Shown here: positions 15,001-28,100 of the stretch, piece by piece
Layout of the letters: each line of letters begins with the position of its first letter
Numbering within the stretch: position 1 is the stretch's first letter
From: Nemertoderma westbladi
Taxonomy: Eukaryota > Animalia > Xenacoelomorpha
Assembly (NCBI GenBank): GCA_032718475.1
Contig: JAUCBJ010009110.1
Coordinates: 21,807 to 85,806, forward strand
DNA: 64,000 nt
Direction of reading: 5' to 3'
Position numbers and translations under genes: made by a program
The notes under the pieces: model-generated
Told to the model about the DNA's origin: nothing
The model's database searches: none
The model's input: the letters and a program-made list of their open reading frames with translations, nothing else

Positions 15001-18000
15001 TGTTTTACTGTAGACCAATCGGCTCGTGGTTGTTGTGTATGCTGCACCACTTGTGTTCTGGAATATTTTATCATCTTTTAATCGAACCACCAATTAATGA
15101 TCTATCCTCTTTTACTGTAGACCAGTCTGCTCGTGGTTGTTGTGTATGCTGCACCACTTGTGTTCTGGAATATTTTATCCTCTTTTAATCGAACCACCAA
15201 TTAATGATCTATCCTCTTTTGTTGTAGACCAATCGGCTCGTGGTTGTTGTGTATGCTGCACCACTTGTGTTCTGGAATATTTTATCCTCTTTTAATCGAA
15301 CCACCAATTAATGATCTATCCTATTTTACTGTAGACCAGTCTGCTCGTGGTTGTTGTGTATGCTGCAGCACTTGTGTTCTGGAATATTTTATCCTCTTTT
15401 AATCGAACCACCAATTAATGATCTATCCTCTTTTACTGTAGACCAATCTGCTCGTGGTTGTTGTGTATGCTGCACCACTTGTGTTCTGGAATATTTTATC
15501 CTCTTTTAATCGAACCACCAATTAATGATCTATCCTCTTTTACTGTAGACCAGTCTGTTCGTGGTTGTTGTGTATGCTGCACCACTTGTGTTCTGGAATA
15601 TTTTATCCTCTTTTAATCGAACCACCAATTAATGATCTATCCTCTTCTACTGTAGACCAATCGGCTCGTGGTTGTTGTGTATGCTGCACCACTTGTGTTC
15701 TGGAATATTTTATCCTCTTTTAATCGAACCACCAATTAATGATCTATCCTCTTTTACTGTAGACCAATCGGCTCGTGGTTGTTGTGTATGCTGCACCACT
15801 TGTGTTCTGGAATATTTTATCCTCTTTTAATCGAACCACCAATTAATGATCTATCCTCTTTTACTGTAGACCAATCGGCTCGTGGTTGTTGTGTATGCTG
15901 CACCACTTGTGTTCTGGAATATTTTATCCTCTTTTAATCGAACCACCAATTAATGATCTATCCTCTTTTACTGTAGACCAATCGGCTCGTGGTTGTTGTG
16001 TATGCTGCACCACTTGTGTTCTGGAATATTTTATCCTCTTTTAATCGAACCACCAATTAATGATCTATCCTCTTTTACTGTAGACCAATCGGCTCGTGGT
16101 TGTTGTGTATGCTGCACCACTTGTGTTCTGGAATATTTTATCCTCTTTTAATCGAACCACCAATTAATGATCTATCCTCTTTTACTGTAGACCAATCGGC
16201 TCGTGGTTGTTGTGTATGCTGCACCACTTGTGTTCTGGAATATTTTATCCTCTTTTAATCGAACCACCAATTAATGATCTATCCTCTTTTACTGTAGACC
16301 AGTCTGCTCGTGGTTGTTGTGTATGCTGCACCACTTGTGTTCTGGAATATTTTATCCTCTTTTAATCGAACCACCAATTAATGATCTATCCTCTTTTACT
16401 GTAGACCAATCGGCTCGTGGTTGTTGTGTATGCTGCACCACTTGTGTTCTGGAATATTTTATCCTCTTTTAATCGAACCACCAATTAATGATCTATCCTC
16501 TTTTACTGTAGACCAATCGGCTCGTGGTTGTTGTGTATGCTGCACCACTTGTGTTCTGGAATATTTTATCCTCTTTTAATCGAACCACCAATTAATGATC
16601 TATCCTCTTTTACTGTAGACCAGTCTGCTCGTGGTTGTTGTGTATGCTGCACCACTTGTGTTCTGGAATATTTTATCCTCTTTTAATCGAACCACCAATT
16701 AATGATCTATCCTCTTTTACTGTAGACCAATCGGCTCGTGGTTGTTGTGTATGCTGCACCACTTGTGTTCTGGAATATTTTATCCTCTTTTAATCGAACC
16801 ACCAATTAATGATCTATCCTGTTTTACTGTAGACCAATCGGCTCGTGGTTGTTGTGTATGCTGCACCACTTGTGTTCTGGAATATTTTATCATCTTTTAA
16901 TCGAACCACCAATTAATGATCTATCCTCTTTTACTGTAGACCAGTCTGCTCGTGGTTGTTGTGTATGCTGCACCACTTGTGTTCTGGAATATTTTATCCT
17001 CTTTTAATCGAACCACCAATTAATGATCTATCCTCTTTTGTTGTAGACCAATCGGCTCGTGGTTGTTGTGTATGCTGCACCACTTGTGTTCTGGAATATT
17101 TTATCCTCTTTTAATCGAACCACCAATTAATGATCTATCCTATTTTACTGTAGACCAGTCTGCTCGTGGTTGTTGTGTATGCTGCACCACTTGTGTTCTG
17201 GAATATTTTATCCTCTTTTAATCGAACCACCAATTAATGATCTATCCTCTTTTACTGTAGACCAATCTGCTCGTGGTTGTTGTGTATGCTGCACCACTTG
17301 TGTTCTGGAATATTTTATCCTCTTTTAATCGAACCACCAATTAATGATCTATCCTCTTTTACTGTAGACCAGTCTGTTCGTGGTTGTTGTGTATGCTGCA
17401 CCACTTGTGTTCTGGAATATTTTATCCTCTTTTAATCGAACCACCAATTAATGATCTATCCTCTTCTACTGTAGACCAATCGGCTCGTGGTTGTTGTGTA
17501 TGCTGCACCACTTGTGTTCTGGAATATTTTATCCTCTTTTAATCGAACCACCAATTAATGATCTATCCTCTTTTACTGTAGACCAATCGGCTCGTGGTTG
17601 TTGTGTATGCTGCACCACTTGTGTTCTGGAATATTTTATCCTCTTTTAATCGAACCACCAATTAATGATCTATCCTCTTTTACTGTAGACCAATCGGCTC
17701 GTGGTTGTTGTGTATGCTGCACCACTTGTGTTCTGGAATATTTTATCCTCTTTTAATCGAACCACCAATTAATGATCTATCCTCTTTTACTGTAGACCAA
17801 TCGGCTCGTGGTTGTTGTGTATGCTGCACCACTTGTGTTCTGGAATATTTTATCCTCTTTTAATCGAACCACCAATTAATGATCTATCCTCTTTTACTGT
17901 AGACCAATCGGCTCGTGGTTGTTGTGTATGCTGCACCACTTGTGTTCTGGAATATTTTATCCTCTTTTAATCGAACCACCAATTAATGATCTATCCTCTT

Positions 18001-20539
18001 TTACTGTAGACCAATCGGCTCGTGGTTGTTGTGTATGCTGCACCACTTGTGTTCTAGAATATTTTATCCTCTTTTAATCGAACCAGCAATAATGATCTAT
18101 CCTCTTTTACTGTAGACCAATCGGCTCGTGGTTGTTGTGTATGCTGCACCACTTGTGTTCTGGAATATTTTATCCTCTTTTAATCGCACCACCAATTAAT
18201 GATCTATCCTCTTTTACTGTAGACCAATCTGCTCGTGGTTGTTGTGCATGCTGCGCCACTTGTGTTCTGGAATATTTTATCCTCTTTTAATCGAACCACC
18301 AATTAATGATCCATCCTCTTTTACTGTAGACCAGTCTGCTCGTGGTTGTTGTGTATGCTGCACCACTTGTGTTCTGGAATATTTTATCCTCTTTTAATCG
18401 AACCACCAATTAATGATCTATCCTCTTTTACTGTAGACCAGTCTGCTCGTGGTTGTTGTGTATGCTGCACCACTTGTGTTCTGGAATATTTTATCCTCTT
18501 TTAATCGAACCACCAATTAATGATCTACCCTCTTTTACTGTAGACCAATCGGCTCGTGGTTGTTGTGTATGCTGCGCCACTTGTGTTCTGGAATATTTTA
18601 TCCTCTTTTAATCGAACCACCAATTAATGATAAATCCTCTGTTACTGTAGACAAGTCTGCTCGTGGTTGCTGTGTATGCTGCGCCACTTGTGTTCTGGAA
18701 TATTTTATCCTCTTTTAATTGAATAACGAATTAATGATATATTCTCTATTACAGTAGACCAATCTGCTCGTGGTTGATGTGTATGCTGCACCACTTAATT
18801 TCTGGAATATTTTATCCTCTTTTAATTGAATAACCAATTAATGATATATCCTCTGTTATTGTAGACCAGTCTGCTCGTGGTTGTTGTGTATGTGGCGCCA
18901 CTTGTGTTCTGGAATATTTTATCCTCCTTTAATAGAACCACCAATTAATGATCTATCCTCTTTTACTGGAGACCAGTCTGCTCGTGGTTGATGTGTATGC
19001 TTCACCACTTGTGTTCTGGAATATTTTATCCTCTTTTAATTGAATAACCAATTAATGATATATCCTCTGTTATTGTAGACCAGCCTGCTCGTGGTTGTTG
19101 TGTATGTGGCGCCACTTGTGTTCTGGAATATTTTATCCTCCTTTAATCGAACCACAAATTAATGATCTATCCTCTTTTAATGGAGACCAGTCTGCAAGCG
19201 GTTGTTGTGTATGCTGCACCACTTGTGTTCTGGAATATTTTATCTTCTTTTAATCGAACCACCAATTAATGATCTATCCTCTTTTACTGTAGGCCAGTCT
19301 GCACGTGGTTGTTGTGTATGCTGCACCACTTGTGATCTGGAATATTTTATCCTCCTTTAATCGAACCACCAATAAATGATCTATCCTCTTTTACTGTAGA
19401 CCATTCTGCTCGTGGTTGTTGTGTATGCTGCGCCACTTTTGTTCTGGAATATTTTATCCTCTTTTAATCGAACCACCAATTAATGATCTATCCTCTTTTA
19501 CTGTAGACCAATCTGCTCGTGGTTGTTGTGTATGCTGCACCACTTGTGTTCTGGAATATTTTATCCTCTTTTAATCGAACCACCAATTAATGATCTATCC
19601 TCTTTTACTGTAGACCAGTCTGCTCGTGGTTGTTGTGTATGCTGCACCACTTGTGTTCTGGAATATTTTATCCTCTTTTAATCGAACCACCAATTAATGA
19701 TCTATCCTCTTTTACTGTAGACCAATCGGCTCGTGGTTGTTGTTGTATGCTGCACCACTTGTGTTCTGGAATATTTTATCCTCTTTTAATCGAACCACCA
19801 ATTAATGATCTATCCTATTTTACTGTAGACCAGTCTGCTCGTGGTTGTTGTGTATGCTGCACCACTTGTGTTCTGGAATATTTTATCTTCTTTTAATCGA
19901 ACCACCAATTAATGATCTATCCTCTTTTACTGTAGGCCAGTCTGCACGTGGTTGTTGTGTATGCTGCACCACTTGTGATCTGGAATATTTTATCCTCCTT
20001 TAATCGAACCACCAATAAATGATCTATCCTCTTTTACTGTAGACCATTCTGCTCGTGGTTGTTGTGTATGCTGCGCCACTTTTGTTCTGGAATATTTTAT
20101 CCTCTTTTAATCGAACCACCAATTAATGATCTATCCTCTTTTACTGTAGACCAATCTGCTCGTGGTTGTTGTGTATGCTGCACCACTTGTGTTCTGGAAT
20201 ATTTTATCCTCTTTTAATCGAACCACCAATTAATGATCTATCCTCTTTTACTGTAGACCAGTCTGCTCGTGGTTGTTGTGTGTGCTGCACCACTTGTGTT
20301 CTGGAATATTTTATCCTCTTTTAATCGAACCACCAATTAATGATCTATCCTCTTTTACTGTAGACCAATCGGCTCGTGGTTGTTGTTGTATGCTGCACCA
20401 CTTGTGTTCTGGAATATTTTATCCTCTTTTAATCGAACCACCAATTAATGATCTATCCTATTTTACTGTAGACCAGTCTGCTCGTGGTTGTTGTGTATGC
20501 TGCACCACTTGTGTTCTGGAATATTTTATCCTCTTTTAA
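1..20539. repeat. 107-bp tandem satellite, ~192 monomers (runs off the left edge)
   Basis: Monomer accaccaattaatgatctatcctcttttactgtagaccagtctgctcgtggttgttgtgtatgctgcNccacttgtgttctggaatattttatcctcttttaatcga repeats head-to-tail with few substitutions and rare 1-nt indels. It ends abruptly at ...tatcctcttttaa|gtggcag (20539/20540). Confidence 0.98.
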
Positions 20540-21534
20540 GTGGCAGTGGCAGTGCTTTTTTTTAATCACTATTGATTTGCTACCCATATTGGTGGAGGGA
20601 GTTATACTAAATTACATTTAATTTTGTTGTTGATCAATTTATCTTATAATTGATAATGACTTGAATTAAATTTACATTCTTAAATTAAATTCTTAAACTA
20701 AATGTACAATATCTCAGGTCCTATCAAAATAATATTATGAGCGCAATTTTAAAAAATAGTTAATATTGGCAACACGCAAGTGTTTTGAAGATATGCAGAT
20801 AAGTTTGTGTTTAACGCAGGAATTCCTAGACGGACTATCCTTTTATCTAGTAAGTATTGTTGCTTCCCTAACACACTATTTCGTGCTCACTTTTCCAGGA
20901 ATATTTAGTCAAGGAATATGGGGGAAAACTGAAAAAAAAACTTTTACTATAATTAATTTTCTTGGCATACAACCGTCGTGTCACACACTTTTGTTTACTT
21001 AATAATGGCCACAACAATAACACTGAATAAAAAGCCTTTGTCAAACCTATGGCTACGAGTTAAGAATTGTTGTGTGTCCTATTTTTTATACATTAATGTT
21101 ATGATTAGAAATTGAGACAAGAAATCGTAGCCACCTGTCATCATATACTAGTGGTCATATGTTAGAAATAAAACGAAAAACAAATGTATAGATAATGATA
21201 CCTTTATTTTACTGAAATGGGTATAAGTTATTATTAATTTTATTTAGGTGTATTAGTATTTGTAAGTCAATAAATATGGCGTGTCCTGTTGTACCCGGCT
21301 GACTCAATCGCTCCTTAGTTGCTATTGCGGCAAAGAACAAAACAACATTCCTGGAATGCAAAGTATCTGGTCGGCTCTGGATCAAATAACTTTAGAAAGG
21401 TTATTGACAGCTCAAACCACGGGAGGCCATTTCCCAAACCCGGTTTTCCAGACTTCATGGCGCACTAGTTGGCAGCACTTTCCTTTGTCGGTGTTTCAGG
21501 GATTTGAGTGAGTACTTCCAGGTTGAGAAGCAAT

Positions 21535-21660
21535 GTGATTGGCTGGCATCCCGGGTAGCCAATGGTGTATTTCCTTTAAGGATCGCTATTGGCTATTTAG
21601 TTTTAAGACTTAGCAATGACATAAAGGAATTACATTTACATTAACATTCAGTCTATTGCG
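21535..21660 (+). promoter_or_regulatory. Candidate Pol II promoter (three CCAAT/ATTGG boxes plus Inr-like TCAGTC)
   Basis: ATTGG at 21538 and 21588, CCAAT at 21559 and TCAGTC at 21648-21653, at the end of a locally GC-richer patch. Motif evidence only. Confidence 0.3.
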
Positions 21661-22226
21661 TTTCAATAGCATTGTATTTATTGGGCTATTTTGTCTAATA
21701 ATTGTTTAATTTTATTATTTTTGAATTTATTTTATTATTATATTTTCACCATTGATATTCCTCGATTATCTCCAGATTCAACTCGAAGTCAAACGAAATG
21801 CAGAAGGTTAGTTATCGTTGCCATTGCAAGCTCTTGGTACATATGGTAGGCCTACAACTACAACTAACATACCATATGTCAGTATATTAGTAGATCTAAT
21901 TTAGGCGCAATTTGCGCGGCAAATTGGGTGGAAATTTTTAATGAACTTTAAATCAGCACATTATTATTGATCTAGGCTTACCGGGATTGTTAAGTTTTAG
22001 GCCTATAGCTTCTCTAGCATTTAGGCCTGCAATTAAATATAGTGACTGTAATATTAAATTAAGAACAATTTTTATTCATTTTATTCAATTTCGAATTTAG
22101 ATTCAATTTTTATTAGGCCTATGGTTTGTAAATATATTTTTTGAATATAAATGTACATTTATAGCAAAGTTTCCACTGTTAATTGATTGTGAGAGACATG
22201 GCTAGGTCTTATTGAGGGGGTTGGGT

Positions 22227-22634
22227 GCAACCTTCGCCCGCGTACAACATTCGCCCACGTCCAATCTTCACCCTAGTCCAACCTTCGCTCAGGGGAAAAA
22301 CTTCGCCAGCAAAATCTTCGCCCGCGAGCAACGTTCGCCCATTAAGATTTGTGTTAGTAACCATTTCAGTTACCAATTGAGGGAAAGGAGCAGGTTACAA
22401 AGACGGTTTTTTCTAACCAAAACAATAAACGATGTTGTTACCAATTGATGGAAAGGAGCAGGACGCATAGGAGCATAGACGGCTTTTTCTAACCAGAACA
22501 ATAAATTGTTTAGTGGGCGAATGTCGCTCTCGGGCGAAGGTTTCCGCCGGGAGATAGTTGCTCATTTTGAGAGGCGAAGATTGCTCCGGGCGATAATTGG
22601 ACGCGAACGAAGCTTTCTCGTGGGTGAAGTTTGC
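22227..22634. mobile_element. Foldback/MITE-like element with ~120-bp modular inverted arms
   Basis: The left arm (22227-22345) is made of (caa)ccttcgccc-like subrepeats and the right arm (22510-22634) of gggcgaag-like subrepeats. For example, aaaatcttcgcccgcgagcaacgttcgcccattaa is the near reverse complement of ttagtgggcgaatgtcgctctcgggcgaaggtttc. No TSD seen. Confidence 0.65.
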
Positions 22635-23363
22635 TGCGTACTGGTGAGGTGTGCTTTTATATAATCAGCATGGGGCGCACCTACACCTATACATTGTTAC
22701 GCCGCGTACAAGCATAGGCATAAGCATATGGCGATAAGGACTTATAAATATTCCCAAGTTTTGCCATAGGCGATTAGGGATTAGCCAATAGAATGCGAAC
22801 GCCATATATATAATTATAAAATCAAACGTCAAAATCAAACCTATGATTACGTAATGGCACACTCTCTCCCATTTATCAGACAGTTTGCAAAATTATGAGA
22901 GTTTTCAATGAAATCATTTTCAGAAGGTATAAGAAATGCAGTACGGGTATGTAGACTGGTGATAATATCGTAATAATTTTTATTGTCCGTTTAAATCACT
23001 CATGATGTCCTTTTTTGACTTTTTATGTCCTCCAGAAATTTACCGTTAGGTTCCATGCTACCGGTTTTTCTACTGCTGTTCTCTTAGGCTATCAGTACCG
23101 GTAATAGTAAATAGAGCACTATTTTGCAGTACAGCAGTGTTGCTGTATTGTATGTAGGTATAAAGCCCAGAAGCCTATGCTTTAGAAATAATTATACTGT
23201 CTGACTGTATTATACTACATTACAGCATTATATAGCATATGATAGGCCTAATTGCTGAATTGTGATAAAGGAATATGATAAAGGTAATTTATTAATTACG
23301 GTAATTTCAGAATTTTAGAACCGGTACCGGTTATACATAGTTTATTGTTATGTTCATGACATA

Positions 23364-23980
23364 GTTTATTGTTTTGGTTAGAAAATCCCGCCTCTGTAAC
23401 CTGCTCCTTTCCTGATTTGGTAAAGTGACCGTTTATTGTTTTGGTTAGAAAGGCCCGTCGCTGTAACCTGCTCCTTTCCTTCATTTGGTAAAGTGACTGT
23501 TTATTGTTTTGGTTAGAAAATCCCGCGTCTGTAACCTGCTCTTTTCCCTCAATTAGTTAAGTGATCGTTTATTGTTTTGGTTAGAAAATCCCGCCTCTGT
23601 AACCTGCTCTTTTCCCTCAATTAGTTAAGTGATCGTTTATTGTTTTGGTTAGAAAGTCCCGCCTCTACAACCTGCTCCTGTCCCTGATTTTGTAAAGTGA
23701 TCGTTTATTGTTTTGGTTAGAAAAGCCCGCCTCTTTAACCTGCTCCTTTCCCTCAATTGGTAAAAAAGACCATCTGTGTAACCTACTCCTTTCCTTCATT
23801 TTGTAAAGTGATTGTTTATTGTTTTTGTTAGAAAAGCCCGCCTCTTCAACCTGCTCCTTTCTCTAATTTGTAAAAGTGACAGTTTATTGTTTTGGTTAGA
23901 AAGGCCAGCCTCTGTAACATGCTCCTTTCCTTCATTTGGTAAAGTGACTGTTTATTGTTTTGGTTAGAAAATCCGGCCAC
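23364..23980. repeat. ~68-bp tandem repeat, ~9 copies
   Basis: The unit gtttattgttttggttagaaaatcccgcctctgtaacctgctc...gtaaagtga starts at 23364, 23431, 23499, 23567, 23635, 23703 and onward. Two inverted copies lie at 22370-22505. Confidence 0.92.
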
Positions 23981-24619
23981 TCTAATTTTATTAATTATTA
24001 TTAATTATTATATACATTATATTAATAATTATTAATTATTTTGTATCCAGCCCAAAATTATTTTGGAACTATCACTGTTCCACAACTATTATCAAATGAT
24101 AATAAAAATGTAAATAAATATAAATATAAATTATACGAAGCATTAATTGATTTGATTTAATTTATTCGCATTGCAAAAACTTAATCACTCACACTCACTA
24201 CCTTAATTTTACAGATTTAAACAGACGTCGTTTATGGATTGATTTTACTTACGCGAACGCAAACATTCAATGTAGAATCTACAGTATATTTGGTGAGTTT
24301 AAAATGACTATTTGTAATACTATTTTATTTTTATACAATCGATATTGCAATGTTAAAGAGTTAATAATATACTGAAACATAACTTTCAGTTCAATTATTC
24401 TAGGTTAATTTCTGAAGGATTATGCAGAAGCGATAATTACAGTTTTATTCGCTAAAGGTTTTTATTTCCATATATTATCTCTAGAACATTGCAATATTGT
24501 ATTTGAGAATATTGAATGTAATTACATCATGAATTTTTAGCCAATTTTTTTAAGAATCGTGTTCTAATACTACGTATGCTATGCTTATTAATTTTTTTCT
24601 AACGATTAAGTATTTTTAT

Positions 24620-24700
24620 GTCCCATCTTGCGTAACGGTTAAATCCATTGCCATGAATTCATATCCCTCTAGAGGTCGTAGGTTTTACCCCTGCAGGCTG
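24620..24700 (+). other. Possible degenerate tRNA-derived SINE head
   Basis: A-box-like ttgcgtaacggttaa and B-box-like gaggtcgtaggttttacccc at tRNA-like spacing. No cloverleaf. Confidence 0.25.
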
Positions 24701-25195
24701 GCAGGCGGCCACGATAGTTTTCGTTTTGGTATTCAAATGCTTTAAAAGGACTATCCAGATCGCATTTATGTTTTGTTCCCTAAATTGAGTACCAATTATA
24801 TCTGGGGAGTTTAGTTCTGGGGGGACTACACTGTAAATTTTCGGATTCTGGTAGAAATATTGTTGTCTTCATTAATCCGACTGATGCCAAACTTTGAGGT
24901 ATTTTCTAAAATTCTATATCGGATCATAAATTTGTATCTTATATGTATCGGCAATAAAATGCTATTTAAGATTTTCTTTCTATCTTAATTTATAATAAAA
25001 ACATTCTACAAATGTAATTGGAATGGACGTATTGAATACAAATTTAGAGCGAAATAAATTAAATAATTTCACTTAAAATAATTTTCAACAGCAGAAATTT
25101 GCGAAAATACCCAGATAGGCATCAGAAGAATTATTGAAGACAAATATATTGCCTACTAAAACCACACTGGGTGTGAAATTCAATAATTATGTATG

Positions 25196-28100
25196 TGGAG
25201 TGGTATTCAGTGGGCGTTATAGAGATGTTAGAACTCAGTAAATGAGTTTGGGGTGTGGTACTCAGTGGGCGTTATAGAGATGTTAGAACTCAGTAAATGA
25301 GTTTGGGGTTTGGTACTCAGTGGGCGTTATAGAGATGTTAGAACTCAGTAAATGAGTTTGGGGTGTGGTATTCAGTGGGCGTTATAGAGATGTTAGCACT
25401 CAGTAAATGAGTTTGGGGTGTGGTATTCAGTGGGCGTTATAGAGATGTTAGAACTCAGTAAATGAGTTTGGGGTGTGGTATTCAGTGGGCGTTATAGAGA
25501 TGTTAGAACTTACTAAATGAGTTTGGGGTGTGGTATTCAGTGGGCGTTATAGAGATGTTAGAACTCAGTAAATGAGTTTGGGGTGTGGTATTCAGTGGGC
25601 GTTATAGAGATGTTAGAACTCAGTAAATGAGTTTGGGGTGTGGTATTCAGTGGGCGTTATAGAGATGTTAGAACTCAGTAAATGAGTTTGGGATGTGGTA
25701 TTCAGTGGGCGTTATAGAGATGTTTGAACTCAGTAAATGAGTTTGGGGTGTGGTATTCAGTGGGCGTTATAGAGATGTTAGAACTCAGTAAATGAGTTTG
25801 GGGTGTGGTATTCAGTGGGCGTTATAGAGATGTTAGAACTCAGTAAATGAGTTTGGGGTGTGGTATTCAGTGGGCGTTATAGAGATGTTAGAACTCAGTA
25901 AATGAGTTTGGGGTACGGTACTCAGTGGGCGTTATAGAGATGTTAGAACTCCGTAAATGAGTTTGGGGTGTGGTATTCAGTGGGCTTTATAGAGATGTTA
26001 GAACTCAGTAAATGAGTTTGGGGTGTGGTATTCAGTGGGCGTTATAGAGTTGTTAGAACTCAGTAAATGAGTTTGGGGTGTGGTATTCAGTGGGCGTTAT
26101 AGACATCTTAGAACTCAGTAAATGAGTTTGGGGTGTAGTATTCAGTGGGCGTTATAGAGATGTTAGAACTCAGTAAATGAGTTTGGGGTGTGGTATTCAG
26201 TGGACGTTATAGAGATGTTAGAACTCAGTAAATGAGTTTGGGGTCTGGTATTCAGTGGGCGTTATAGACATCTTAGAACTCAGTAAATGAGTTTGGGGTG
26301 TAGTATTCAGTGGGCGTTATAGAGATGTTAGAACTCAGTAAATGAGTTTGGGGTGTGGTATTCAGTGGGCGTTATAGAGATGTTAGAACTCAGTAAATGA
26401 GTTTGGGGTGTGGTATTCAGTGGGCGTTATAGAGATGTTAGAACTCAGTAAATGAGTTTGGGGTGTGGTACTCAGTGGGCGTTATAGAGATGTTAGAACT
26501 CAGTAAATTAGTTTGTGGTGTGGTATTCAGTGGGCGTTATAGAGATGTTAGAACTCAGTAAATGAGTTTGGGGTGTGGTATTCAGTGGGCGTTATAGAGA
26601 TGTTAGAACTCACTAAATGAGTTTGGGGTGTGGTATTCAGTGGGCGTTATAGAGATGTTAGAACTCACTAAATAAGTTTGGGGTGTGGTATTCAGTGGGC
26701 GTTATAGAGATGTTAGCACTCAGTAAATGAGTTTGGGGTGTGGTATTCAGTGGGCGTTATAGAGATGTTAGAACTCAGTAAATGAGTTTGGGGTGTGGTA
26801 TTCAGTGGGCGTTATAGAGATGTTAGAACTCACTAAATGAGTTTGGGGTGTGGTATTCAGTGGGCGTTATAGAGATGTTAGAACTCAGTAAATGAGTTTG
26901 GGGTGTGGTATTCAGTGGGCGTTATAGAGATGTTAGAACTCAGTAAATGAGTTTGGGGTGTGGTATTCAGTGGGCGTTATAGAGATGTTAGAACTCAGTA
27001 AATGAGTTTGGGGTGTGGTATTCAGTGGGCGTTATAGAGATGTTAGAACTCAGTAAATGAGTTTGGGGTGTGGTATTCAGTGGGCGTTATAGAGATGTTA
27101 GAACTCAGTAAACGAGTTTGGGGTACGGTACTCAGTGGGCGTTATAGAGATGTTAGAACTCCGTAAATGAGTTTGGGGTGTGGTATTCAGTGGGCGTTAT
27201 AGAGATGTTAGAACTCAGTAAATGAGTTTGGGGTGTGGTATTCAGTGGGCGTTATAGAGATGTTAGAACTCAGTAAATGAGTTTGGGGTGTGGTATTCAG
27301 TGGGCGTTATAGACATCTTAGAACTCAGTAAATGAGTTTGGGGTGTGGTATTCAGTGGGCGTTATAGAAATGTTAGAACTCAGTAAATGAGTTTGGGGTG
27401 TGGTATTCAGTGGGCGTTATAGAGATGTTAGAACTCAGTAAATGAATTTGGGGTGTGGTATTCAGTGGGCGTTATAGAGATGTTAGAACTCAGTAAATGA
27501 GTTTGGGGTGTGGTACTCAGTGGGCGTTATAGAGATGTTAGAACTCAGTAAATGAGTTTGTGGTGTGGTATTCAGTGGGCGTTATAGAGATGTTAGAACT
27601 CAGTAAATGAGTTTGGGGTGTGGTATTCAGTGGGCGTTATAGAGATGTTAAAACTCAGTAAATGAGTTTGGGGTGTGGTATTCAGTGGGCGTTATAGAGA
27701 TATTATAACTCAGTAAATGAGTTTGGGGTGTGGTATTCAGTGGACGTTATAGAGATGTTAGAACTCAGTAAATGAGTTTGGGGTGTGGTATTCAGTGGGC
27801 GTTATAGAGATATTATAACTCACTAAATGAGTTTGGGGTGTGGTATTCAGTAGGCGTTATAGAGATGTTAGAACTCAGTAAATGAGTTTGGGGTGTGGTA
27901 TTCAGTGGGCGTTATAGAGATGTTAGAACTCAGTAAATGAGTTTGTGGTGTGGTATTCAGTAGGCGTTATAGAGATGTTAGAACTCAGTAAATGAGTTTG
28001 GGGTGTGGTATTCAGTGGGCGTTATAGAGATATTATAACTCACTAAATGAGTTTGGGGTGTGGTATTCAGTAGGCGTTATAGAGATGTTAGAACTCAGTA

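Noticed and set aside
19630-20539. 88-aa ORFs in the satellite
   Set aside because: Chance read-through produced by a 1-nt insertion in satellite monomers.
24620-24700. Functional tRNA gene
   Set aside because: The A and B boxes are degenerate and there is no cloverleaf. Kept only as a low-confidence SINE-like relic.
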